A DNA stretch of 64,000 nt from a virus: the IMG/VR virus record IMGVR_UViG_3300037840_000188, positions 64,001-128,000 of that record; one strand, 5' to 3'. Within the stretch, counting starts at the first letter, position 1. Each line of letters starts with the position of its first letter. Shown one piece after another: positions 37,220 to 47,222 of the stretch. The notes beneath the pieces were generated by a model, which was given only the letters and a program-made list of their open reading frames with translations, ran no database searches and was not told the origin of the DNA. A program made the position numbers and the translations under genes.

Positions 37220-37827
37220 AGCACCCCAACCGAGCGCCCTTCGAGTCTGCATTCAAGGCCATACGTCCATTTGTAATTGAGCGCGATGGCGGTCGCTGTG
37301 TGAAGTGCGCGTCAGATGTGCGCATAGAGGTCCATCATGTAAATGGATACGAAGATAACGCGCCCGATAATCTTCAGACTTTATGCTATTTCTGTCATGG
37401 TGTCGCGCCAATGGGAGATGAATATTGGATATGGAAGCAGTCTGGCGCTGATGGATGGAATCACTTTTTCGCGGCGATGCGATTGTCGTTCCCGAATCTG
37501 ACGGAAGAGTATATGCGGTCCACGGCAGCAGAGATTGTCAAGTACCAAAAGATAATGGAATCTGGGTCGGCACGCGCGGCACGCGCGATCATCCGTCAAC
37601 GTTCTGGCCGTTGTGAGGGACCCAAGCCTTACGGGCACAGGCCTCATGAAATGTCATGTCTGCTAAAAATGCGTGAACTACGCGCCTCTGGCATGACCTA
37701 CGAATCAGTAGCTATGGCGCTGAATGACGGTGGTTTCGTCACTCGCTATGGCAAGCAATGGAGCAGGGCTGCTATCTATCAGATCCTCCAGCGTAACCGC
37801 GATGCCGCCACTCGCCCGCCCCAATAA
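37216..37827 (+). CDS. HNH nuclease fused to recombinase-type DNA-binding domain
   Basis: RDGGRCVKC...EVHH...NLQTLCYFCH; C-terminus parallels that of the adjacent recombinase. Confidence 0.75.
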   Translation: MKHPNRAPFESAFKAIRPFVIERDGGRCVKCASDVRIEVHHVNGYEDNAPDNLQTLCYFCHGVAPMGDEYWIWKQSGADGWNHFFAAMRLSFPNLTEEYMRSTAAEIVKYQKIMESGSARAARAIIRQRSGRCEGPKPYGHRPHEMSCLLKMRELRASGMTYESVAMALNDGGFVTRYGKQWSRAAIYQILQRNRDAATRPPQ

Positions 37828-38400
37828 GAAACGGCCCAATCATTCTCGGAGGAAGAAGTTGATCGGGCCGCCTCACGCGTCTCTAACTGTGCAGGGTAGT
37901 ATATCTCACCTGACGCAGTGAAACCACAACCCCTTGCGTCCACCGCCACGGTTGCCACTACGCCGCAAAATTCCTCACAATCCAGTTGCAATGTTCTGCG
38001 GTGCTCAGTATGATCGATTCTGTCCCGGCGAGCGGGCGGCACAGAAGCGACGGCTGATGTGTTCGGAAGGCGGCGGGTGCCACATACGCCCGCCGTCGCT
38101 CTTTTATGTGGAAAGGGTACGTGTGCAACGCAACGGCAGTCCATTCTCTGATCTCCAGAAATTCCCCCTCCTCCGCACTACCATCTGCCCCTGTGGCGAG
38201 TCCGTGCTCCACGAGTTCATCCAGCCGGGGACTGTTTACTCCCTCGACATGTCGACCCGGCGCGGTGGCTTCACTTATCGGTGCGGGAGATGCGGCGTTG
38301 AACAACCCGACGTTCAGGTCGTCAAGGCCAGCCAGCAGTTGAATCCTGACCTTGGAATGGGGTGGTTGCCGTGGGGGTTGTTCAGCGAGGCAGAAGCGGC

Positions 38401-39201
38401 GTGAATTACTACAACGACAATAATCCAGATTCAGTTGCATGGCTAAAGCAATTGATTCTCGCCAATTTAATCCCAAATGGAGATATCGATGACCGATCCA
38501 TCGCCGACGTTGCGGGCGACGACCTTAAAGGCTATACCCAGTGTCATTTCTTTGCCGGGATCGGAGGATGGGCGGAGGCCCTGCGGCTCGCTGGATGGCC
38601 ATCTGACAGACCAGTGTGGACAGGGAGTTGTCCCTGTCAGCCATTCAGCGCAGGCGGACAGCAAAAAGGATTTAATGACGAGCGCCATTTATGGCCGCAC
38701 TTCAGACGCCTCATCGCGGAGCGCCGTCCTTCAGTTATCTTTGGAGAGCAAGTTGCATCGAAGCTTGGACGTAAATGGCTCGCCTCTTTACGACTTGACC
38801 TGGAAGCATTGGACTATGCAGTGGGGGGGGCAGATTTGTGCGCTGCGGGCCTCTGTGCGCCACATATCAGGCAGCGACTTTACTGGGTGGCTGACTCCGC
38901 TAGCTCGGGACTGGAAGGGGTATACGAAGCGATCCGGGGAATCGATATGCAATCAACTATCACGGCTTTACGGTCGCAGTGGGACGCCGAACCCAAAATG
39001 GACCGCGTGGCTTATGGGATACCCGCCAAAGTGGGACGATTGTGCGGTTTTGGGAATTCCATCGTCCCGCAGATCGGGGCGGTCTTCGTGAGGTCCTGCA
39101 TGGAAGCCGTTAATCAACCAGTTATTTCCTGTCACATATGCGGTGACGTTACGTCTATCAATACTGCGTGCCCCTCCTGTGGCGAGGTCTGTACCGCATG
39201 A
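38401..39201 (+). CDS. DNA cytosine-5 methyltransferase
   Basis: FFAGIGG, GSCPCQPFS, GEQV, PHIRQR, GNSIVPQ. Confidence 0.9.
   Translation: MNYYNDNNPDSVAWLKQLILANLIPNGDIDDRSIADVAGDDLKGYTQCHFFAGIGGWAEALRLAGWPSDRPVWTGSCPCQPFSAGGQQKGFNDERHLWPHFRRLIAERRPSVIFGEQVASKLGRKWLASLRLDLEALDYAVGGADLCAAGLCAPHIRQRLYWVADSASSGLEGVYEAIRGIDMQSTITALRSQWDAEPKMDRVAYGIPAKVGRLCGFGNSIVPQIGAVFVRSCMEAVNQPVISCHICGDVTSINTACPSCGEVCTA
38477..39091 (+). CDS. overlapping alternative-frame ORF within C5-MTase
   Basis: 204 codons open; WLTPLARDWKG and NPKWTAWLMGYPPKW motifs. Confidence 0.5.
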   Translation: MEISMTDPSPTLRATTLKAIPSVISLPGSEDGRRPCGSLDGHLTDQCGQGVVPVSHSAQADSKKDLMTSAIYGRTSDASSRSAVLQLSLESKLHRSLDVNGSPLYDLTWKHWTMQWGGQICALRASVRHISGSDFTGWLTPLARDWKGYTKRSGESICNQLSRLYGRSGTPNPKWTAWLMGYPPKWDDCAVLGIPSSRRSGRSS

Positions 39202-39241
39202 TCTGGCACCTCTCCCACCGCGCGGATAAGCGAGCGCTGCT

Positions 39242-39793
39242 ATGAAGTTCGCCTACTGCGATCCGCCATATATCGGCCAAGCCGCTCGACACTACAATTG
39301 CGCTGAAGTTGATCACCCGAAATTAATCACGCGACTCGTTGACGAGTTTCCTGACGGATGGGCGCTGTCGCTTTCGTCCACAACGCTTCAACAAATCCTG
39401 CCTCTCTGTCCGGCTGATGTCCGCATAGCGGCTTGGTGCAAATCATTCTGCGCTTTCAAGAAGGGCGTGAGGCCGTGCTACGCGTGGGAGCCGATCATCT
39501 TCTGGGGGGGGCGTAATCCGATGAACGGCTACAAGCACGCGCCGCCACCTAAGAATGGCAAGCAGAATACACCGAAGGATTTTCTGGTCGAGCCGATCAC
39601 CATGAAGAAAGGATTAACTGGCGCAAAGCCGCAGAAGGTCTGCGCCTGGATTCTGGATCTTCTCAACTTCCAGTACGGCGAAGACGAGATCCACGACCTC
39701 TTTCCCGGCAGTGGCTCCATGGCGGCGACGGTTGCAGGGCGTTGCGCCGATGGCTATATCGGCTATACCGAACGCTTCGAGGTGGTAGCGTGA
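39242..39793 (+). CDS. putative amino (N6A/N4C) DNA methyltransferase
   Basis: YCDPPY catalytic motif; DLFPGSG SAM-binding motif. Confidence 0.75.
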   Translation: MKFAYCDPPYIGQAARHYNCAEVDHPKLITRLVDEFPDGWALSLSSTTLQQILPLCPADVRIAAWCKSFCAFKKGVRPCYAWEPIIFWGGRNPMNGYKHAPPPKNGKQNTPKDFLVEPITMKKGLTGAKPQKVCAWILDLLNFQYGEDEIHDLFPGSGSMAATVAGRCADGYIGYTERFEVVA

Positions 39794-40180
39794 GTGTCCT
39801 CTGCCCTGCGCCCGTCGTCGTCCACCTCGCCACCGCTGACCTGCCAGCGGCTCGGGCAGCGCTGCCTTATCTTGCCGTTTAAGAATTTTATGAAAATCAA
39901 CAATCAAAACGAACTCCTTTGTGCCGCGTGTGGGTACAACTACACCCACCTGATTTCCATCGAGGCTTTCGAGCGCGCCGAGGATGCTGTCTCGGGGCTT
40001 CATGTCATTATTGAAGGCCAATCAGCCATCACGAATACAGCCCTCGACGGCAATCCCAGTGATCGCCGAGATGCTGTTCGTCTTACTTATTCCTGTGAAG
40101 GTTGCGATAAGCTGACGGTTATTTCCTTTATCCAGCACAAGGGCAATACTTTTGTGGAGTACGGTATTCAAGTCTGATCT

Positions 40181-43165
40181 GTGTCCCCACTCCAGCCCGA
40201 CCTCGATACAATTCGCCGCTCCGTCGCTCTATTCCTTAAACCAGGCTCAGTAGCCGAACTGCGCGCCCCGAAATCCAGTCAGGGCGTCATTTCCGGTTAC
40301 TTTTCTGATCCCGAGGCTCTCGTCAAAGCGGCGGCCTCAGTTAGTGGGCGAGCGCCGGGCGTTTACGCCACGATCAACAAGGTCCATCCAGACGCGCTTA
40401 AAAAGAATACTCCAAACCAGGCGCGTGCCAACGCTATCGAGACCACAGCCGACCGCGAGATCACGCACCGCTGCTGGCTCCTTTTTGACTTCGATCCGAA
40501 CCGTGCCACCGGAACTTCATCCACAGACGCCGAACACGATGAGGCTCTGAAGGTAGCCGCCGAGGTCGGAAACGCCATTATCGGTGAAGGGTGGCCCGAG
40601 CCGATTTATGCGGACTCTGGAAATGGCGGACATCTTCTCTACCCGCTCGATCTTCCAAACACAGACTATACCCGCGATCTCATAAAAGCCGTCCTTAAAG
40701 CACTGGCGAAGCGCTACGAGACCACCTCGATCACCATCGATAAAACGGTATTTAACGCTTCGCGCATTTCGAAGATATACGGCACTGCGGCATGCAAGGG
40801 GCAGCATACCGAAGAGCGCCCACACCGCCTCAGCTCGCTGATCCACGTACCGTCCGATCTTAAACCAGTTACACAGGATCTTCTCGAAGCCCTTGCAGCG
40901 GAAGTGAAGCCTGAGCCCGCGCCTCCCGCGCCGGAAAGATACTCAAACGCGCCATCGAATTTCCGTCTCGAAGATTTCATGTCCCGTTACGGGATCAGAG
41001 TACATCGCGGGCCGATTCCTTATGACGGCGGAGAAAAATGGCAGCTGAAGAACTGTCCTTTCAATCCAGAGCACAAAGCTCCGGATTCGATGATTTTCCG
41101 CGCACCATCGGGACGTCTTGGATTCCGGTGCCTCCATAATTCCTGCGCGGATTACAACTGGACCAGCCTGCGCGATCTTTTCGAACCAGAGCGGCCAAAG
41201 GCCAAAGTCACGTCAATCACGAATGGCCATGCCGCTGATCACCCGCCCGCCGAGCCAGAACCAGAAGAAGATCCGGACAGTCATCTCCTCGCGTTATGCG
41301 ATGAGATCATCGCCTCAAAGCAGTCTCACCGGATATACGAGAAGAGCCTATTCGACCTGATCGGAAAAGCAGACAAGTACGTCGGTATCCAAGTCCGTTC
41401 CATGCTCCGAAAAGAGTTCGGGACCGATATGGTGATGACTGGCACTGGATCATGGCCCGAGCTTTATCGGGACGCGATTAAAACCGCCCCATGGCGAAAG
41501 AGAACTCCGGAACTGGAAGACAATCCATCCCCCGGCTCACTACTTCCGGTTCAGATAACCGACCGCCAGCTCCGTGATATATCGCTCGATGCGATCCGTC
41601 AGGTGAAAGCCAAGAACGACCCACCCAGCCTGTTTGTCCGCTCGGGCGCGCTGGTCCACGTCATTCAGGACGAGAAGGAACGCCCCAGCGTCTCCGTAGT
41701 TACCGAATCCCGGCTGCGAGGAGTCCTCGCCCGCGTCGCCAATTTCATGAAGACCGACCGAAACGGCGAGCAGAGAAACGCGTTCCCGCCGGTCGAGGTT
41801 GTGAAGGACATCATGGCCTTCAATCCCCAATCCTGGCCGTTCCCGCGCCTGATCAGCGTGGCTGAAGTGCCGACCCTCCGTCCGGACGGGACTATCCTCG
41901 ACCAGCCCGGATACGACGAGGACTCGGCTATTTTCTACGCCCCCGCCAGCACCCTGAAGCCTTTCCCGCTCCCGGAGTCTCCCACTTTCGACGATGTAGA
42001 GAGCGCGAAGTGCCTGGTAGAGGAGGCTATCGGAGAATTTCCTTATGCGGACCTAGCCAGCCACGCCAATACCTACGGCTTGCTTCTCACGCCAATCCTG
42101 CGCCCGGCATTCAGCGGCTGCGCCCCCCTCGCCGTGGTAGACGCGCCTCAGGCCGGAACCGGTAAGTCTCTCCTGATCGACGTCCTCTCGATCATCACCA
42201 CCGGACGCCCGGCGGCTATGATGCCATACCCATACAAGGAAGAAGAGATGCAGAAACAGATTGGCGCGTCGCTCTCCGCTGGACGCCAACTCATCGTCTT
42301 CGACAACCTGGAAGGTGAACTCCGGAGCCCGGCTCTCGCGCTCGCAATCACCGCCAAAGAATTCGAGGCCAGAATCCTCGGCGTCAGCCAAAACATGACG
42401 GTCGAGAATTCATCGACGTGGGTAGTAACAGGAAACAATATCCGGCCCGCTGGCGATATGCCCCGACGGTGCTATCAGATCCGGCTGAATGCACAGAGAT
42501 CAAAGCCGTACATGGACCGCCAGTTCAAGCACCCCAGACTGCTTAATTGGGTGACTGAAAATCGGTCACAGATCCTCCACGCTCTACTCGTTATCGCCAG
42601 AGCGTGGTTCGCTGATGGCCGAAAAGAAACGGTCCAAAAGACGCTCGGTAGTTTCGAGGAATGGCATCAGATTGTGGGTAGTGTAATTGAACATGCCAAG
42701 ATGCCAGAATTTTTGAAGAACTACTCCGACTTCATAGACCAGGAAGACGAGAGTCCTAGACAGTGGGAGGAGTTTCTTTTACAGATATTTACAATTTGGG
42801 GCGCTGCGAATGCCGAGAAAACTAATGAATTTACTATCGCCGACTTGATTATAGCGATCAATACCGATAAGACGGAACTTCGCACCGTCCTTCCAGCGGA
42901 GGTCGCTGACTGCCTCGAAAAGAAAATCAGTCACCGGATCGTGATCGGCAAGATGTTCCGCACCCGCCGACAACGCCACTTTGGCATCGGTGCACGTGAG
43001 TGCTGGCTTGACCGAGCCGACGACGGTACAGAGCACAAAGGCTCGGCTAAGTGGGTGGTCTGCCGATCCCTGAAGGGTGCTCAAGCTACGGTTGAAACTA
43101 ATCCCCAGATCGAGAGCAAGCCGCCCGACGAAGACCTAGAAGACCGGATGACGCTCTGGTCATAA
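40181..43165 (+). CDS. primase-helicase-like replication protein
   Basis: AEP-like FDFD and SGNGGH, Zn finger CPF..H...CLH.SC, P-loop APQAGTGKS, FDN, TGNN. Confidence 0.85.
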   Translation: MSPLQPDLDTIRRSVALFLKPGSVAELRAPKSSQGVISGYFSDPEALVKAAASVSGRAPGVYATINKVHPDALKKNTPNQARANAIETTADREITHRCWLLFDFDPNRATGTSSTDAEHDEALKVAAEVGNAIIGEGWPEPIYADSGNGGHLLYPLDLPNTDYTRDLIKAVLKALAKRYETTSITIDKTVFNASRISKIYGTAACKGQHTEERPHRLSSLIHVPSDLKPVTQDLLEALAAEVKPEPAPPAPERYSNAPSNFRLEDFMSRYGIRVHRGPIPYDGGEKWQLKNCPFNPEHKAPDSMIFRAPSGRLGFRCLHNSCADYNWTSLRDLFEPERPKAKVTSITNGHAADHPPAEPEPEEDPDSHLLALCDEIIASKQSHRIYEKSLFDLIGKADKYVGIQVRSMLRKEFGTDMVMTGTGSWPELYRDAIKTAPWRKRTPELEDNPSPGSLLPVQITDRQLRDISLDAIRQVKAKNDPPSLFVRSGALVHVIQDEKERPSVSVVTESRLRGVLARVANFMKTDRNGEQRNAFPPVEVVKDIMAFNPQSWPFPRLISVAEVPTLRPDGTILDQPGYDEDSAIFYAPASTLKPFPLPESPTFDDVESAKCLVEEAIGEFPYADLASHANTYGLLLTPILRPAFSGCAPLAVVDAPQAGTGKSLLIDVLSIITTGRPAAMMPYPYKEEEMQKQIGASLSAGRQLIVFDNLEGELRSPALALAITAKEFEARILGVSQNMTVENSSTWVVTGNNIRPAGDMPRRCYQIRLNAQRSKPYMDRQFKHPRLLNWVTENRSQILHALLVIARAWFADGRKETVQKTLGSFEEWHQIVGSVIEHAKMPEFLKNYSDFIDQEDESPRQWEEFLLQIFTIWGAANAEKTNEFTIADLIIAINTDKTELRTVLPAEVADCLEKKISHRIVIGKMFRTRRQRHFGIGARECWLDRADDGTEHKGSAKWVVCRSLKGAQATVETNPQIESKPPDEDLEDRMTLWS

Positions 43166-43199
43166 TCGAGCCCAACTTTAGGTTCATTCCGAGAATAAA

Positions 43200-43510
43200 A
43201 ACAAAAACACTCCCCATTGTTTTTTTGTGTACTACAGATGAAGTTTTTACGATTTATTCGGGGAGTCGCGGAAACTACTTAGATCTCCCCAGCAATTCCC
43301 CATACACACTCCCCAAATTTATAAGTCTGTATATATGTTATATTTATACGGATACTACGTTTATAGTATGGGGAGTTGGGGAGTCATATGGACTTCGTAT
43401 ATGAGAACAAAATAAAATACACATTTCCGCATATAATCTTTATTGCTGCATGTGTTCTCACAGCGCCGGGCGGCTCTACAACTCCCCCGACTCCCCAACC
43501 CCCCAAAAAA
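43200..43510. repeat. putative replication origin: (A)CTCCCC iteron-like repeats around an AT-rich core
   Basis: About 8-9 CTCCCC/GGGGAG-like copies in both orientations flanking AT-rich 43317-43368, directly after primase. Confidence 0.55.
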
Positions 43511-44432
43511 AATCAGCGCCCGATGGAAGGCGTTTTCCGCTCACCCCGCTCACCTCCGCCACGCACATTCGAAACTGCTCCTGTTCGCTCGGCTCTCGGG
43601 GGCGACTCCGTGGCGCTGGCGATCCGCCAAGCTCCGTGAGGTCGCCCAACCGCCGGAAATTCGCTGTAGGCCTCCCTAGCACGAAAGGAGGCCATCCCAC
43701 GAACCACTCACACAGCTCCATGGAGCCTAGCTTTACGGCCTTCCTAATTTTTTTTTGATTTTTTTTGGAATTTTACGGTGGTTCCTGAAAAAACCGTTAT
43801 TGGGCCTGAGCGTTCAGCGACGCGTCCGCGCGTGGCGTCCGGACCCATCAAACAATGTGGAAGTCTATTTAAGTCAATACTTTGAATGTCTTACGTGCGG
43901 TCTCCGGATACCATGAAAGGACACATAACCGCTCGGTTACGTGTCAACACGAGACGGCATAAACACAGCTAACAACAACAAAACAAACAACATAATAGCG
44001 GGATAATGGGATAATGGCCGCCGGAGAGTGGCGGTAGTGCCGGAGACCGCGTTACAGGCCGCGTGTAGGGAGTCCGGCGCGCCGATAAAGAGCTGCCACG
44101 CGTTCACTTGCCGCATGTTCACGCGCTAAATCTGCCAATTCCCGACGTGTGCGCCCTAGGTAATCCCGAGGGTGCGCGCAAACAGAACACGCGGTTTTAC
44201 TCCGTCGATTGAAGTGTTTACATTGACTGCATCGCCAATCTGAAGCGCCAATCAGCACGTAGACAATCTTACCTAGTCAATGAATATTTATGCAATCAGA
44301 TGACGGATTTAAGCATAGATCAAGTATGGACTCATGTTTCCCGAGTGACCGCGCGGAATGAATAGATATTCATCGCGGTGAATATTTATACATATTCGCG
44401 GGAGACCACAAACAGCACGGCGAAGATAGGTA

Positions 44433-44461
44433 TTGACGCCAGCAGTGGTACATGCTAACTT
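44433..44461 (+). promoter_or_regulatory. early promoter P1
   Basis: TTGACG-17-TAACTT, shared GTACATGCTAA. Confidence 0.8.
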
Positions 44462-44480
44462 ACATAGTGAGGTGATAGCC

Positions 44481-44702
44481 ATGAAACAGAGACAGATTAC
44501 AGTGCTGGCAGCTGAGAGTCAAGACATGTTGGAGTCTCACGGCGCTAGTGTAGAGCAATTATTCGATACCATCGGTGAAGCGAAGAAACGCGCTAAATAC
44601 TACCTCACTGAGGACTACATGAACGTTTGCGAGTCCAGTACGAAACTCGGGTATGCTCGGGTCCTGGTGAATGGTGATTGCGTGGCGGACTATGGCGAAT
44701 AG
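44481..44702 (+). CDS. early hypothetical protein
   Basis: RBS GAGGTG after P1. Confidence 0.7.
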   Translation: MKQRQITVLAAESQDMLESHGASVEQLFDTIGEAKKRAKYYLTEDYMNVCESSTKLGYARVLVNGDCVADYGE

Positions 44703-45006
44703 CTTGGAACGCGATCCGTTCGGAAAATGCGAGTGTGGCTGTAACCGCGCGCAACATTCAGGCGGACTTGGAATGTGCAATGGCTTCAAATGCCGTTGTG
44801 GACGTTACAAAAAACAGACTCGCGAGTTTCTGCATATGCAAATGATGCGAGACGCGCTGAATGCGGCAATCGAAATGATTGAAGATTTACCCGGCGATGG
44901 ACGGACTATAAAGGTATGCTTGCCGAATTACCAGGAACGTAATGATATGGTTCGGCAAATGAAGGCCGCTATCTCGGGTCCGGTGACACTCGAAAAAAAG
45001 TCTTGA
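44692..45006 (+). CDS. early Cys-rich hypothetical protein
   Basis: CECGC...H...C...C.C. Confidence 0.6.
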   Translation: MANSLERDPFGKCECGCNRAQHSGGLGMCNGFKCRCGRYKKQTREFLHMQMMRDALNAAIEMIEDLPGDGRTIKVCLPNYQERNDMVRQMKAAISGPVTLEKKS

Positions 45007-45031
45007 CTTGGTGCATCGTACATGCTAAGCT
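45003..45031 (+). promoter_or_regulatory. early promoter P2
   Basis: TTGACT-17-TAAGCT, shared GTACATGCTAA. Confidence 0.8.
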
Positions 45032-45037
45032 GGTTTC

Positions 45038-45635
45038 AGTTAAGGCGAGACACAAGCAAGCGGATAGAGTCACTCCAAGGATACTCACCGATAGCGCGGG
45101 AAACTGCAAGCTTTAACGAGACCACGGGTTACCACGGGACACGGGCAGGGGTTAAATGAGACCTGCCCGTATTACAGGTGCGCCATTCGTTTGCGGAATG
45201 CGGGTAAACTCCGATTCGTCAGCAAGCTTATACGCTCACTTGCGGGAGACACGGGAGACCAGCACGGCGAGACCTGACGCACGCGAGTGGCGACACTGGT
45301 AAGGGTCTCAAGAGTAGTAACCGCGAAACGCGTTCGAGTGGCGACACTGATATCGCGGAGACCACGGGTAGTCAGTTCATTGATATAGCGTCTCGGGACA
45401 AGCTTACGCTTGCTTCGGATGCAATCGGCCATGGGATACGCGGCCATGGCTATCGTCAGAGACACTGGCGATTCATAACCGGAAACATCAGGTTCGCAAA
45501 AACGTCCGGTTAACGTGCTGATAGACCGCGTGGCACGCGCGGGACTGTGACAGAGTCGGATAGGTGTCAACACACTACGGGAGACCGTAGACGAACATAT
45601 AGAGCCATGAGTGCTTACGCATTCGTGGCTCTTAG
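45038..45635 (+). ncRNA. candidate ~600-nt structured ncRNA / long leader
   Basis: Follows P2, no plus-strand ORF of 60 aa or more, many GNRA- and TTAC-capped hairpins, repeated GAGAC and CACGGG. Confidence 0.55.
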
Positions 45636-45649
45636 TGTTTGGAGATAAC

Positions 45650-46342
45650 ATGTCAAAACTGATTAAAGACGGCGATAGCCTGGTTTCCGCTAAGACGTCA
45701 GGCGGATATGAAATCCATGTCTATGATGACGGATTCGGCCCATTGTGGATATCCCGAAACTCAATCGGGATTAACGGTATCGTTCGCGCGCGGTCATGGG
45801 AAGACGCGTACTCGATTTGTGAAGACGAGTTTTTTCCGGAAGCGGACGAGACCATAGAACAGCTGGTTAAAGAGTACGGATTTAAGCGGGAGAATGTCAA
45901 AATCATTCATCCTGCGCACCGTAAGACTTCCCCAGTGACGTACGCCAATGGCCACGTGGAAGAATTCGACATAGAAACATCCGTCCAACGTGATGCGACT
46001 ATGGCGGATTACCAGCTAACCGGCGGTAGTCTATTGCCTGGCCAGTTCGTACGCTGGGAAACGCGGGAAACTCCGGATGCGGACGCGTGGTCCGAGAATG
46101 AACTGTTTTGTGAGGCGTACGGATTCCGTCCAAATGGCCGCAATGAACGGGATACCATCGGCCATGGGATTTACTCGAAAGACTTGAACGGCGATAGCCT
46201 GGATAGGCTCACTCCGGAATTGCTGGCGGATATCGGTATTGAACTGGTGATTGAGGCTGAAGAGTCCGAAGAATCGGACCCGCGCGACGATCCTGCAAAT
46301 AACCCGGATGACGGCGGACGCGAGACACTGGCGGACGCGTAG
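45650..46342 (+). CDS. acidic early hypothetical protein
   Basis: RBS GGAG; D/E-rich. Confidence 0.75.
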   Translation: MSKLIKDGDSLVSAKTSGGYEIHVYDDGFGPLWISRNSIGINGIVRARSWEDAYSICEDEFFPEADETIEQLVKEYGFKRENVKIIHPAHRKTSPVTYANGHVEEFDIETSVQRDATMADYQLTGGSLLPGQFVRWETRETPDADAWSENELFCEAYGFRPNGRNERDTIGHGIYSKDLNGDSLDRLTPELLADIGIELVIEAEESEESDPRDDPANNPDDGGRETLADA

Positions 46343-46660
46343 ACCATGGAAAAACGCAAAAAACACTCCCATCGTTGCGCGATATGCCGTCAAGGCGTGT
46401 GAGGGGGTGTGTGCGTGTATTGGGCGGGTGGCGGTGAGCTACCCGGATGGTACGGAGGCTAAAGGTGAAATATAACGACAAAACCACACGCGCAATCGCG
46501 CTTCGTGAGACATGGCCAGCCACCTATGGTGCGGAATTCGTATCTCGCATAATGCTCGACGATGAGAACGTGAGCACCGAGCAAAAGGCACTCATCCGCG
46601 AATGGCTGGAACGCGACACTACCGCGCGGATCTCTGGAGCATAAGTTTTGTCGAGTGCGC

Positions 46661-46689
46661 TTGACAGCGTACTTCGTACATGCTAAGCT
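46661..46689 (+). promoter_or_regulatory. early promoter P3
   Basis: TTGACA-17-TAAGCT, shared GTACATGCTAA; near-leaderless ATG at 46697. Confidence 0.8.
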
Positions 46690-47222
46690 ACAAACCATGA
46701 CAGAGACGCCCACGCAAAAACTACAGCGTCATACGGCCCTGAGCGTCGAGTACCGGCGCGAAGCCTGGGCAGCGGGCATTACGTCACCGTACCGCCTCGG
46801 GCGCTACGTTCAGGATCGCTTGTGTGGCGTGAGCCATGCACGGGCGATGGAGTTGCAGAAAGGGAAGAGAGAGCCAGTATGAGCAAACGGGAAGCGCTTG
46901 ACATTATCATGGACCTCGCACTCGGGAACATGTGCGACCGGGACAAGATGCCAGAAGAGCACACACGGCAGGCGCAGGCAATGGATATTGTGCTAGCGAT
47001 GGCGCAGGAGAGCTGAGGCATGCCCAAGCCAACCGAGAAAAGCGGCGACTGCTTTCTTTGCCGGTCCGCGCGTACTCAAATGCGGGGAATTATCCGCCGT
47101 TTGGAGATTTGTGCGCGAACGAATCAGAGCGAGCCAAGGGGCGAGATCGGGGCGCACGCGGTAGCGGCTGAGCAGTGGCGTGTCGCCGCGATCCTGAAAC
47201 ACTTCGTCGCGGAGTGTCTCTC

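Noticed and set aside
45100-45380. CRISPR array
   Set aside because: Repeats are only 12-15 bp, two copies each, irregularly spaced; no cas genes
46395-46440. Internal TGA read-through matching the UCA-loop RNA
   Set aside because: Segment is low-complexity G/T-rich and the reading frame is unclear; cannot support a gene across it
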